DNA from: Waterburya sp.
GTDB taxonomy: Bacteria > Cyanobacteriota > Cyanobacteriia > Cyanobacteriales > Xenococcaceae
Assembly: GCA_965217895.1 (NCBI GenBank)
Contig: CBDCJV010000002.1
Coordinates: 1,696,001 to 1,760,000, forward strand
DNA length: 64,000 nucleotides
Reading direction: 5' to 3'
In this document: positions 20,308 through 29,029 of the stretch, piece after piece
Numbering within the stretch: the first letter of the stretch is position 1
Layout of the letters: each line of letters begins with the position of its first letter
Translations under genes and position numbers: made by a program
Notes under the pieces: model-generated
Database searches by the model: none
What the model was told of the DNA's origin: nothing
What the model saw: only the letters and a program-made list of their open reading frames with translations

Positions 20308-20578
20308 AAAATAGAAAAAGAATAATCATTCAAAAAATTATCGACGAACTAAACGAAATTCCTGAAGAAAAACTCACTCATACCAACTCTCTATGACAAT
20401 GCATTAAATAAAATCTACCCCCTTAGCGTCTTTGCGTCTTTGCGAGAGTTTTAAGCTCAAATACTTAAGTGCAACTTCAAGGAGAAATGGTATCAGATTT
20501 ACGAATTGATACATTTTTTTCGTCTTGGAGTAAACCAACAAAACGATCAACCTCGAACTCCTGGGTTACTCCAAGGCA
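20308..20578 (+). pseudogene. Disrupted small DUF2281-like antitoxin gene
   Basis: Reads IIQKIIDELNEIPEEKLTQ|IYELIHFFRLGVNQQNDQPRTPGLLQG once the MITE at 20381-20492 is removed. Confidence 0.55.
20381..20492. mobile_element. MITE (TACCA...TGGTA TIR)
   Basis: TACCAACTCTCTATGACAATGCA ... TGCAACTTCAAGGAGAAATGGTA with TCA target duplication. Its removal restores the host reading frame. Confidence 0.75.
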
Positions 20579-20724
20579 GAGGGCAGAAGGTTTTGAATCT
20601 CGTTAAGACTCTCATCTAAAAAGTGTACTTTGAGAATCAAATTTATAGTCATTCCAATTAATTTCCTTATAGTAGTTTCGTATTGATTGTCAGGTTGAAT
20701 ATTATTTGTTACTTGCTATATACG

Positions 20725-20772
20725 AAGCGGTTATCCGAAGGTGTCCTAAAGGATGCCTTCGGATAACCGCTT
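20725..20772. repeat. Long near-perfect palindrome
   Basis: AAGCGGTTATCCGAAGG-TGTCC-TAAA-GGATG-CCTTCGGATAACCGCTT, with a 17-bp perfect stem. Confidence 0.85.
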
Positions 20773-20911
20773 TAGGGATCGGACACCCTACAGCGATCGC
20801 CTGTAGCCCAAGAATTCTCTCTAAAAGCGATCGCAAAAATAGCCGTAGGTATCTTCAATAAAATAGAATATAGTCAGACTAGGTCAAACTACTTTGTTCT
20901 CAAACCAAACA

Positions 20912-21148
20912 ATGAAAGTATATTCTGTTACCGATGCCAAGGCTAAGTTCTCTCAGGTAATAGAGAGTGTTTTACAAGGAGAAGAAATAATTGTTACTAA
21001 AATGGGCAAGGCAGTCGTCAGAATATCTGCTTATGAACCTTTTATAAGCAATCAACGGTTAGGTTTAATGAAAGGTCAAGCAACAATACCAGATGATTTT
21101 GGAGAATGGGATGAGTCAGAAGCTAAATCGTTGAGAATAATCGAATAG
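20912..21148 (+). CDS. Phd/YefM-family antitoxin
   Basis: VYSVTDAKAKFSQVIESVLQGEEIIVTKMGKAVVRI and RLGLMKG...PDDF; upstream palindrome TAGTCAGACTA at 20871-20881. Confidence 0.88.
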   Translation: MKVYSVTDAKAKFSQVIESVLQGEEIIVTKMGKAVVRISAYEPFISNQRLGLMKGQATIPDDFGEWDESEAKSLRIIE

Positions 21149-21149
21149 C

Positions 21150-21527
21150 ATGAAGTTTTTGCTCGATACTCACAGTTTACTCTGGACAGTTTTTGAACCA
21201 GATAAGCTCTCAACAGAAGCTCAAAAAATCATAATTGACCACAATAACATTATTTGTGTCAGCTTAATCTCTCTTTGGGAAATTAGTATTAAACAAAATA
21301 TCGGTCGTTTAGATATACCAAAAGAATTTTTTGAGGTTGTCAACAAAGGAGGGTTTGAAATGCTTGGGCTGACTATAGATCAAATCGAAAAATATCGAAC
21401 ATGACCTTTGCATCATCAAGATCCATTCGATCAGATGTTGATAGTTCAAGCAAGACAGCAAAAACTAATTTTTATTACCCGTGACTCAGAAATTAGCAAG
21501 TACGATGTAGAGATTGTCAAAGCCTAA
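21150..21527 (+). pseudogene. vapC: VapC/PIN toxin with an internal nonsense codon
   Basis: LLDTHSLLW...SLWEISIK. After TGA at 21402-21404 the frame continues PLHHQDPFDQMLIVQA...ITRD to TAA at 21527. Confidence 0.85.
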
Positions 21528-21631
21528 TGTGGGATTGATTGTTTCTATAGTTAAAAATATAATGCGATCGCCTAGAATCCAACTAATTTTAGTTTCACTA
21601 AAACTGACCCAGAACCTTAATATCGCTACAA

Positions 21632-23485
21632 TTAGTGCGTAACATCAGTAAGCAGATGTAACCAACGGCGTATTCTGCCTCTGGCGATCGCCGATAACAT
21701 TTTAAGATAGGTAATCGGATTAGTATATCTCTGGAACAACCCCGTTACATCACTCTTTTTAACGTCACTTAGATACCACTGTGACCAAACCTCCAAACTA
21801 CCGTCAAGAAACATGGCTTTGCACGCACTACGTTGAACTTTGCCACTAGAAGTTTTAGGTATACGTCCTGGTTTGAGCAAGACAATGCTGTAAATGTCGA
21901 TAAAATGTTCTTGAAATATCTGCCAACGGATAGCTGCTACCACCTCATCCATAACTAAAAATTGGCGATAAGTGCGCTCTATTTCTTGAGCAACCACTAA
22001 TCTTGCTTTTCCCTCCACCTCAATCGAGAAAGCAGCACCACAATTAGGTTTTAATCCAGGATGACATTGTTCTACCGTTTGTTCAATCTGCTGCGGATAA
22101 TGATTTAAGCCCCAAAAGACCAGCACATCATGAAGACGACCAGTAATATATAATTCTCTATTATCAATAAAGCCTAAATCTCCAGTACGTAGATATTTAC
22201 CTTGACCATTTAAACTTGCCTGAAAAGTCTCTTGGGTTTTGGCTGGTAGCTGCCAATATCCTTGTCCTACACTGGAACTAGAAAACCAAATTTCTCCGAT
22301 TTTATTTGCTGCACATTCTGTTAGAGAATCAGGATCGGCGATCGCAATTGTGCCATCCAACCAAGGATAACCCGCGCTAACTATCGTAGTTGTTCCTGGC
22401 TGATTATCGGCAATAACTACTTTGTTTTCTTCTAAAGCAATCTTGTCTAAATACTTCACCGTCGGTGACTTGGCTTTATCTCCCCCTGTAATTATTAGAG
22501 TAGCTTCCGCCATGCCATAGCAGGGATAGAATGCCGTTGATTTAAAGCCACAGCTAGCAAATTTACGGCTAAACTGCTTCATAGTTGCCGTTTGCACTGG
22601 TTCTGCGCCACAAAACGCTACCTCCCAACTACTGAGGTCTAATTGCGCTGCTTGTTCTTCCGTGACGCGATCGCATAATAAATCATAGGCGAAGTTGGGC
22701 GCACCGCTAGTAGTTGCTTGATATTTACTTATCGCCTGTAGCCAACGAATTGGCTTTTGCACAAAGCTAATGGGAGAGATCATCACACAATATGCACCCA
22801 TGTATATCGGTTGGATCACGTTACCAATTAAGCCCATGTCGTGAAACAAAGGTAGCCAACCCACACCTACTAAATCTTTGGTATGACCAAAAGCCTGTTT
22901 TAGCATCTCTTGATTTTGCATCAGACACCCGTGAGTAATCATTACTCCCTTTGGTTCGCCTGTAGACCCAGAGGTATATTGTAAGAAAGCCAAAGTATCG
23001 GCATTTATCTTTGGTGGAGTCCAATCATCAACTTTCTGATTGATTTTGTCTGTATTTAAACAATGTAGCGAAGCGTGTCCCCACTTAGATAGCTGAGTTT
23101 TTAGCTTGCTAAACAAACTAGATTCAGTTAGCACTACTTCTGCACCCGCAGAGACAATGCGGGTTTGTACTTCTACGGTAGTCAAACGATTTTTGGGCGG
23201 ATGACAGGGTACAGCTACAACTCCCGCGTACAAACAGCCAAAAAAGGCGGTAATAAACTCTAAGCCACCGCTGTAAGGATATACCAGTAAAGCTTTAGAG
23301 CCAGGTAAAACGATTTGCTGTAGTGAAAGCGCGATCGCTTTTGCCTTAGTCTCTAACTCCTGATAGGTCAGTATAATTTCTTTATTCTCACCATCCTTGA
23401 GAAAAATATACGCTGTATCCTCGCCTTGAGATATGGCTCGCTGCTGTAATATTTCGACGATGTTAGAGTTTGGCTGACTAGACAT
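21632..23485 (-). CDS. Fatty acyl-AMP ligase (FAAL)
   Basis: AFLQYTSGSTGEPKGV, WLPLFHDMGLIG, PCYGMAEATL, LRTGDLGF and PKTSSGKVQR. Confidence 0.92.
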   Translation of the reverse strand: MSSQPNSNIVEILQQRAISQGEDTAYIFLKDGENKEIILTYQELETKAKAIALSLQQIVLPGSKALLVYPYSGGLEFITAFFGCLYAGVVAVPCHPPKNRLTTVEVQTRIVSAGAEVVLTESSLFSKLKTQLSKWGHASLHCLNTDKINQKVDDWTPPKINADTLAFLQYTSGSTGEPKGVMITHGCLMQNQEMLKQAFGHTKDLVGVGWLPLFHDMGLIGNVIQPIYMGAYCVMISPISFVQKPIRWLQAISKYQATTSGAPNFAYDLLCDRVTEEQAAQLDLSSWEVAFCGAEPVQTATMKQFSRKFASCGFKSTAFYPCYGMAEATLIITGGDKAKSPTVKYLDKIALEENKVVIADNQPGTTTIVSAGYPWLDGTIAIADPDSLTECAANKIGEIWFSSSSVGQGYWQLPAKTQETFQASLNGQGKYLRTGDLGFIDNRELYITGRLHDVLVFWGLNHYPQQIEQTVEQCHPGLKPNCGAAFSIEVEGKARLVVAQEIERTYRQFLVMDEVVAAIRWQIFQEHFIDIYSIVLLKPGRIPKTSSGKVQRSACKAMFLDGSLEVWSQWYLSDVKKSDVTGLFQRYTNPITYLKMLSAIARGRIRRWLHLLTDVTH

Positions 23486-23614
23486 TATAGCTATCTTTAA
23501 CTCGATGCAAATTAAACCATAATATAACTTGGGTTTAATCCTATATGAAAATTAAAAAGTGAGAAAAATAAGTTTCTCTACCTCAATCAACTTTTAAATA
23601 GTTAATGTCGTGCT

Positions 23615-24463
23615 TTAATACTTTGCTGGCACAAAGTTTTGAGTACTAATTGGTGGACGTTCATAGTCTATTGCTTTTTGGCGTGGAGGTAATTTAATTT
23701 TTTTAGCGGGCAAATCTTCGTAGGGAACAGTTTCTAGAAAATGACTAATACAGTTTAATCTTGCCTTTTTCTTATTGTCAGCCTCAACTACATTCCAAGG
23801 AGACTCAGGAACATCGGTAGCTGCAAACATATCATCTTTGGCTCTAGAATATTCTACCCATTTCTCCCTAGCCTTTAGATCCATAGGGCTAATTTTCCAG
23901 CGTTTTGTCGGATCTTCAATTCGATCTTGAAAACGTTTTTCCTGTTCGCGATCGCTAACCGAAAACCAATATTTAATTAAGATAATACCCGATCGCTGGA
24001 TCATCATTTCAAACTGGGGACATGAGCGCATAAACTCGTTATACTGTTCATAGGTGCAAAAGCCCATGACTTTTTCTACCCCGGCGCGGTTATACCAGCT
24101 ACGGTCAAACAGCACTATTTCTCCTGCTGCGGGGAGATGAGCCACATATCTTTGAAAATACCACTGAGTTTTTTCGCGATCGCTGGGTGTACCTAAAGCC
24201 ACCACTTTACAAACACGGGGATTTAAGTATTTAGTGATGCGCTTAATTGAGCCTCCCTTTCCTGCTGCATCTCTACCTTCAAAGACAACTACAATCTTTA
24301 AGCCTTTGTGTTGCACCCATCTTTGCAATTTGACCAACTCAATTTGCAACTTTTTTAGTTCTTTTTTATATACTTTTTTGCTTAATTTTTTGGATTTATC
24401 TTTATTTTTTTTATTATCTTTTTTTGATTTAGCAGCTTGGTTATTTAAATCTTTTTTGCTCAT
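23615..24463 (-). CDS. ppk2: Polyphosphate kinase 2
   Basis: FEGRDAAGKGG, WYFQRY and FDRSWYNRAGVEKVMGF. Confidence 0.96.
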   Translation of the reverse strand: MSKKDLNNQAAKSKKDNKKNKDKSKKLSKKVYKKELKKLQIELVKLQRWVQHKGLKIVVVFEGRDAAGKGGSIKRITKYLNPRVCKVVALGTPSDREKTQWYFQRYVAHLPAAGEIVLFDRSWYNRAGVEKVMGFCTYEQYNEFMRSCPQFEMMIQRSGIILIKYWFSVSDREQEKRFQDRIEDPTKRWKISPMDLKAREKWVEYSRAKDDMFAATDVPESPWNVVEADNKKKARLNCISHFLETVPYEDLPAKKIKLPPRQKAIDYERPPISTQNFVPAKY

Positions 24464-24641
24464 ACTTATTATTACTCTTGCTCGCTATTTAAAGAATATT
24501 TATAAACTGAACAAAAAGCAAGTTGCTGTACAAAACTTTGCTATTTCTAGATTCAGTAAAAAATATTTAGTTAAGTAAATTGATTTTGCAGGTTATAACG
24601 AGATAACATTTTTATATAGTTTGTGTATTTGAAAGCTGTAA

Positions 24642-24968
24642 ATGAAAAAGCTGCATTTAGCAATTTCCACTAACGAGATCGAAGCAACGATTAAAGACTA
24701 TAGTAAACGATTATCAGCAAAACCCTGCTTAGTCATTGCTGGCGAATATGCTCTGTGGCGAACAGAAACTCTCAATGTTTCTATTAGACAAGATGAATCT
24801 TGCCAACCAGGAAAATTAAGACATTTGGGATGGGAAGATTCTACTGTTTTAAGTATGTCTGCTGAAACCGACGTTAACGGTATTGTTTGGGAAAATTTTA
24901 CCGCTAGTCAACAGGCAGAAGAAATTAACGAAATATGGTCAGAAGCTAATTATCAACCAGAATCTTAA
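24642..24968 (+). CDS. Hypothetical protein, glyoxalase/VOC-like
   Basis: LHLAISTNEIEATIKDYSKRL...LRHLGWED...DVNGIVWE pattern resembles the VOC fold. Confidence 0.55.
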   Translation: MKKLHLAISTNEIEATIKDYSKRLSAKPCLVIAGEYALWRTETLNVSIRQDESCQPGKLRHLGWEDSTVLSMSAETDVNGIVWENFTASQQAEEINEIWSEANYQPES

Positions 24969-25163
24969 ATTGATGCTTGTTTGCTATTTAATGTTTACAG
25001 ATTAATTATTTCTCAAAAACCTATTAATTATCGCTTACTGTGCTTTTCAGTTGAGTAGAACACGCAAGTTTAATTTGAAAAGCTAAAAGCTAAAAACTGA
25101 TAGCTAAAAACCAGTTAATCAACAACGTAGTCTATCCAATTAAAAACTGCTGTATTACCTAAA

Positions 25164-26393
25164 TCAACCTTCCTCCAAACAATCAGGAGAATTAAGAGCA
25201 GCTTCAATTTCTAAGACAACCTGATCTCTGTTTTCATAGAGCATGATTAAGTGATCTTTTGCTCTTGTTATCGCTGTATATAAACCCGCTTTAGCTTCAA
25301 AACTAATTTCTTTGTCTTCTGATTTATATGCAGATAAACTATCTATTCCTGCAATAATTACCGCATCAAATTCTACACCTTTTAAAGCATTCCAAGAATC
25401 AACAATTACAAAAGGACGATTAACAACATTGCGATCGCGATCGCCTGAAGTTTCAGGAGCATGATGTTCTAAATTTAACTTGGTTAATTCTTTGCTTATT
25501 TCTTGTTTTAAATCTTTAGCTTGGGGATGCACCAAAATACCAATTGAAGATTCACCATGAACCTCTAAAGCCTCTTGAACTTGAGCGGCAATTTTATCTG
25601 GCATATCTTCATAATAAACTTCGAGTAATAAAGGCTTAATACCTGAACTACGGGAAGGTTTTTTCTTAGGTTCAATTACACTACTAATACTAGGAGTATG
25701 AACCACTTTTCCTGTTTCATCTCGTTCTTTTTTCTCTACTTTTATTTCGGCTGTAGCTAAGACTGGGGCAATAAACTTCCAGGCAAGTTCCAAAATTTCG
25801 GGAGAATTACGATAATTAAGCTCAAAAACTTGCGCTCGTCCTCCAGGAATATTAATGCCTAAACTTTTCCAACTCCAATCTGATTTGCGTCGATGAAATT
25901 GTCCATAAACCGATTGAGTATTGTCGTAAACAATAAATAAAGCGTTAGTTCGCTTATCTAAAACTTCTAATAAAGCTTGAAACCATTCATCAGGAAAATC
26001 TTGCGCCTCATCAATTAAAATTGCTTGATATCTTTTTGGACATTTACGAGCCAATTCTACCAGTTTGCTAACATCATTATCGTAACTATATTTTAAATTT
26101 CTATATGCCCATTGATGAAAAGTTAAGCATTCAAACTTCTTAACTTGATTAGCTTCTAAATTAGATTTCAACCAGCTATTCATAAAGCGATTGTAGGTCA
26201 AAATCAAAATTCTATCGTAATCTTCAGCTAATTTTTTAACTCTATTTCTTAATACTAGAGACTTACCAGATCCCGCAACACCTCTGACAATTGCTGCACC
26301 TTTAGAACGCAAATTCTTAGACCTATCTTGTTCTTGATTTAACTGTTCGAGTTCTAATCTTTGCCCTACACTTTGTTCAAAATTAATCCACAT
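25164..26393 (-). CDS. Compact superfamily-1 (UvrD-like) helicase/ATPase
   Basis: Walker A GVAGSGKS, DEAQDF, NYRNS, KGVEFDAV and LYTAITRAK. Confidence 0.88.
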   Translation of the reverse strand: MWINFEQSVGQRLELEQLNQEQDRSKNLRSKGAAIVRGVAGSGKSLVLRNRVKKLAEDYDRILILTYNRFMNSWLKSNLEANQVKKFECLTFHQWAYRNLKYSYDNDVSKLVELARKCPKRYQAILIDEAQDFPDEWFQALLEVLDKRTNALFIVYDNTQSVYGQFHRRKSDWSWKSLGINIPGGRAQVFELNYRNSPEILELAWKFIAPVLATAEIKVEKKERDETGKVVHTPSISSVIEPKKKPSRSSGIKPLLLEVYYEDMPDKIAAQVQEALEVHGESSIGILVHPQAKDLKQEISKELTKLNLEHHAPETSGDRDRNVVNRPFVIVDSWNALKGVEFDAVIIAGIDSLSAYKSEDKEISFEAKAGLYTAITRAKDHLIMLYENRDQVVLEIEAALNSPDCLEEG

Positions 26394-26617
26394 TTTAAAA
26401 TTATTAAAATCTTTATTTAGATCCTATGCGGATTTTTTGGCAGCGTCTCTACTGAAAACTACCTAGAATCTGTCTGCATGAACCTCATAAAGTTTAATTG
26501 GGTAGGCTGAGAAGATAAGGCGATCGCTAAAGTCAAAAGTCAAAGCTTGCGGTGGGGGTCTTCCTCCATGAGCAACTGAATCAACAAAGGCTTAAGCCGC
26601 ATATAGCGATCGCTCTA

Positions 26618-27274
26618 TCAAAGATTATTTTTCGCTTCTTTAGCAACCTGTTCAAATTCATCATCTGCCAACTTGGTAATTATTGTCTTGGCTTCTTCTC
26701 CCCCTAATCTACCTAAAGCCTGTACAAGACGGTAACGTATTTGCCAGTCTTCATTATCGGCAAAGGGAGCAAGTAAATGAATAGCGCGAGTGTCGCCCAA
26801 TTCTCCCATTGAACCAATGGCTGCGGTTTGCAGGAGGTTATTATCCGAGTGAAGAGCCTCTTTTAAGAGATCGAAGCCACGAGGATCGCCTAATTCGCCC
26901 AAAGCAGCAATAATGCTAAACTGCACTAACCATTCTGATGTATCGTGATAGATATTGGCTAAATCTTCATAAGCTTCAACAAGCTTTAAACCGCCAATCG
27001 CATCTGCTGCTGCTGCTTGTACATCTGGCTCTGGATCGTTAAACAGGCGATCGCGTAAGATTTCTAGAGCAGCATCTTTATTATTTATTCCCAGAGTATC
27101 TAGCTGACTAACTGCTGCATAGCGCACGCGGGTATTATCATCGGTAATCATGGGCTGCACCATGGCAAAGGCTGTTTCTGTGTCAATTTGACGTAGTTGA
27201 TTTAAGCCTCTAATCCGCTCGCCAAAATCTTCGGAATTTAGCAGAGTCTTAACTGATTCTGGGGTAATAGTCAT
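26618..27274 (-). CDS. nblB: HEAT-repeat phycobilisome degradation protein, NblB-like
   Basis: MTITPESVKTLLNSEDFGERIRGLNQLRQ N-terminus followed by PBS-lyase HEAT repeats. Confidence 0.75.
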   Translation of the reverse strand: MTITPESVKTLLNSEDFGERIRGLNQLRQIDTETAFAMVQPMITDDNTRVRYAAVSQLDTLGINNKDAALEILRDRLFNDPEPDVQAAAADAIGGLKLVEAYEDLANIYHDTSEWLVQFSIIAALGELGDPRGFDLLKEALHSDNNLLQTAAIGSMGELGDTRAIHLLAPFADNEDWQIRYRLVQALGRLGGEEAKTIITKLADDEFEQVAKEAKNNL

Positions 27275-27337
27275 GATTAATTAAAATTATTAGATTTAAA
27301 GTTGGTTTTAAACAGAGAAAAAATAAGGCTTTAATAG

Positions 27338-27796
27338 CTATTCGGCTGCCATCATCTTAATTACATCACCTTGAGTAATCATGCCGATTAACTTGGAATT
27401 ATCATCTATCACTGGCAAACGCCGTACTTTTTTTTCGTGCATGATCCTAGCTGCCTCTCCCACTAGCTGATTGCCTTTCACCGTTGTCGGGCGATCGCTC
27501 ATAGCTTCAGCCACGGTTTGCCCTAAAGCCTTATGTACTTCTTGATTATGCTTGGCGGGATTTTGCAGATAAATTACGCTATCGAGAAACATAATATAAG
27601 GCGGTGCTTCTACTCCTGAAGCTTGCCAAGTTAAATCAGTCTCGGATATTACTCCCACTAGCTCTCCCTGCTTATTTACCACAGGTAAACCGCTAATATC
27701 TTTTTCAGCTAGAATTTGGATCGCTTCTTCTAGAGATGTCTCAGGAGATACCGTAGTTGGATTGGCTGTCATAACGTCAGCAACAGTTTTGCTCAT
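27338..27796 (-). CDS. CBS-domain pair protein
   Basis: TVADVMT, ISGLPVV...GVISETDL and RRLPVID...GMITQGD. Confidence 0.92.
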   Translation of the reverse strand: MSKTVADVMTANPTTVSPETSLEEAIQILAEKDISGLPVVNKQGELVGVISETDLTWQASGVEAPPYIMFLDSVIYLQNPAKHNQEVHKALGQTVAEAMSDRPTTVKGNQLVGEAARIMHEKKVRRLPVIDDNSKLIGMITQGDVIKMMAAE

Positions 27797-27972
27797 CTTT
27801 TTGCTCTTGGGTTTATCGTATAATTGGCTACCACTACCTGATTTAATCTATCGCAAATTGCCACCTTCTAAGGTAAAGCTGTCACTATATTTAATTTTTA
27901 TATTTTTCTCTAATTTTGTAATATACGCTTGGTGTGAATTAGCTTCGTTGATATTAAACGTTTTAAGCTTTA

Positions 27973-28031
27973 AGCCCTTCGGGTTCGGGCGCGTTCCCTT
28001 GCGTCTTACGCCGACGCGGGGTCGCCCTCAC
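27973..28031. repeat. GC-rich structured small dispersed repeat inside heptamer (TTTAGCT-like) repeats
   Basis: AGCCCTTCGGGTT hairpin followed by GGGCG..CCCTTGCGTC..GACGCGGGG..CGCCC-TCAC, flanked by TTTTAAGCT and TTTTAGCTT. Confidence 0.6.
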
Positions 28032-28272
28032 TTTTAGCTTTTAGGAGTCAGGTTGTGTTGTCGGTGGAGTAGTAAAGAATACTAAAACTAGAAACAACAT
28101 CTAAAAAGCTCATAGATTGTGGCTTATAGCTTATGGCTAAAGAGCGAATCACTTGATTTTCTGGCGTTGCTGAATCGGAATATGAAAGTAAATTGATTAC
28201 TTTTGTAATCTAACTCCAAAATCAGAATAACTCAATATTTTTGGCTACTACGGGAAACCAGATTAGCTCAAA

Positions 28273-28290
28273 TGTTATACTTGTATAACA
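28273..28290. promoter_or_regulatory. Probable TA-operon operator
   Basis: Perfect IR TGTTATAC-TT-GTATAACA about 25 nt upstream of the RHH antitoxin start. Confidence 0.65.
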
Positions 28291-28314
28291 ACTTGGTTTT
28301 CAAGGAGTCGTTTT

Positions 28315-28539
28315 ATGGAATCTCAATCAATTGCTGTTAGGCTTAACAAAGAACTACATCAGCGTCTTAGCGATCTTGCTGCTCAAACAGGTCGCTCAAA
28401 AAGCTTTTACGTCAAACGTGCCATAGCGCAATATCTGGAAGATATGGAAGATACCTATCTTGCAATAGACAGAATAGAAAACTCTGAAGGGAGAGTTTCG
28501 ATGGAAGAAGCAAAGAGGATTCTTGATGTGGAAAATTGA
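28315..28539 (+). CDS. Ribbon-helix-helix antitoxin (RelB/StbD-like)
   Basis: IAVRLNKELHQRLSDLAAQTGRSKSFYVKRAIAQYLEDMED; overlaps the downstream toxin. Confidence 0.88.
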   Translation: MESQSIAVRLNKELHQRLSDLAAQTGRSKSFYVKRAIAQYLEDMEDTYLAIDRIENSEGRVSMEEAKRILDVEN

Positions 28540-28789
28540 ATGGGAAAGAAAAGCTCTTAAAGATGCAGAGAAACTTGATAAATCTGCTCGTCAAAGAATA
28601 GTAAATTATCTTGAGGAGCGGGTTTTAGTAGATCAAAATCCCTATCAATTTGGAAAGCCATTAAAAGGCAGCAAATTAGGACTCTGGCGTTATAGGGTTG
28701 GTGATTATCGAATTCTATGCCAAATAGAAAAAAACCGATTAGTCGTGTTAGTGGTTGCTGTGGGTCATAGAAAAGATATTTACCTTTAA
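28526..28789 (+). CDS. relE: RelE/StbE-family toxin
   Basis: GKPLKG..GLWRYRVGDYRILC...VVAVGHRKDIY. Confidence 0.92.
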   Translation: MWKIEWERKALKDAEKLDKSARQRIVNYLEERVLVDQNPYQFGKPLKGSKLGLWRYRVGDYRILCQIEKNRLVVLVVAVGHRKDIYL

Positions 28790-28830
28790 AGGTTTTTTCT
28801 TTCCACATAATTCAACGTTTTGTGAATTAT

Positions 28831-28917
28831 GATGATTGGACGCATGGGATTAAAAAGCAGCCAAACACTGGTTCGCGTATCAGCTTGACATGGAGAGCAT
28901 TTACTCAAGCTAGCTAG
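28831..28917 (+). pseudogene. C-terminal remnant of an AlkB-like 2OG-Fe(II) oxygenase
   Basis: DDWTHGIKKQPNTGSRISLTWR matches the distal His / RISLTFR motif. Confidence 0.5.
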
Positions 28918-29029
28918 CCAGTAAATAATTGATTTTTATGAATAGCGATATTTAGCCATACAATTAAATAGCTAAGTTAAGATTTAGTTTATAGATTTAG
29001 CGTCTATTAATTTCATCTAGCTACTCAGC

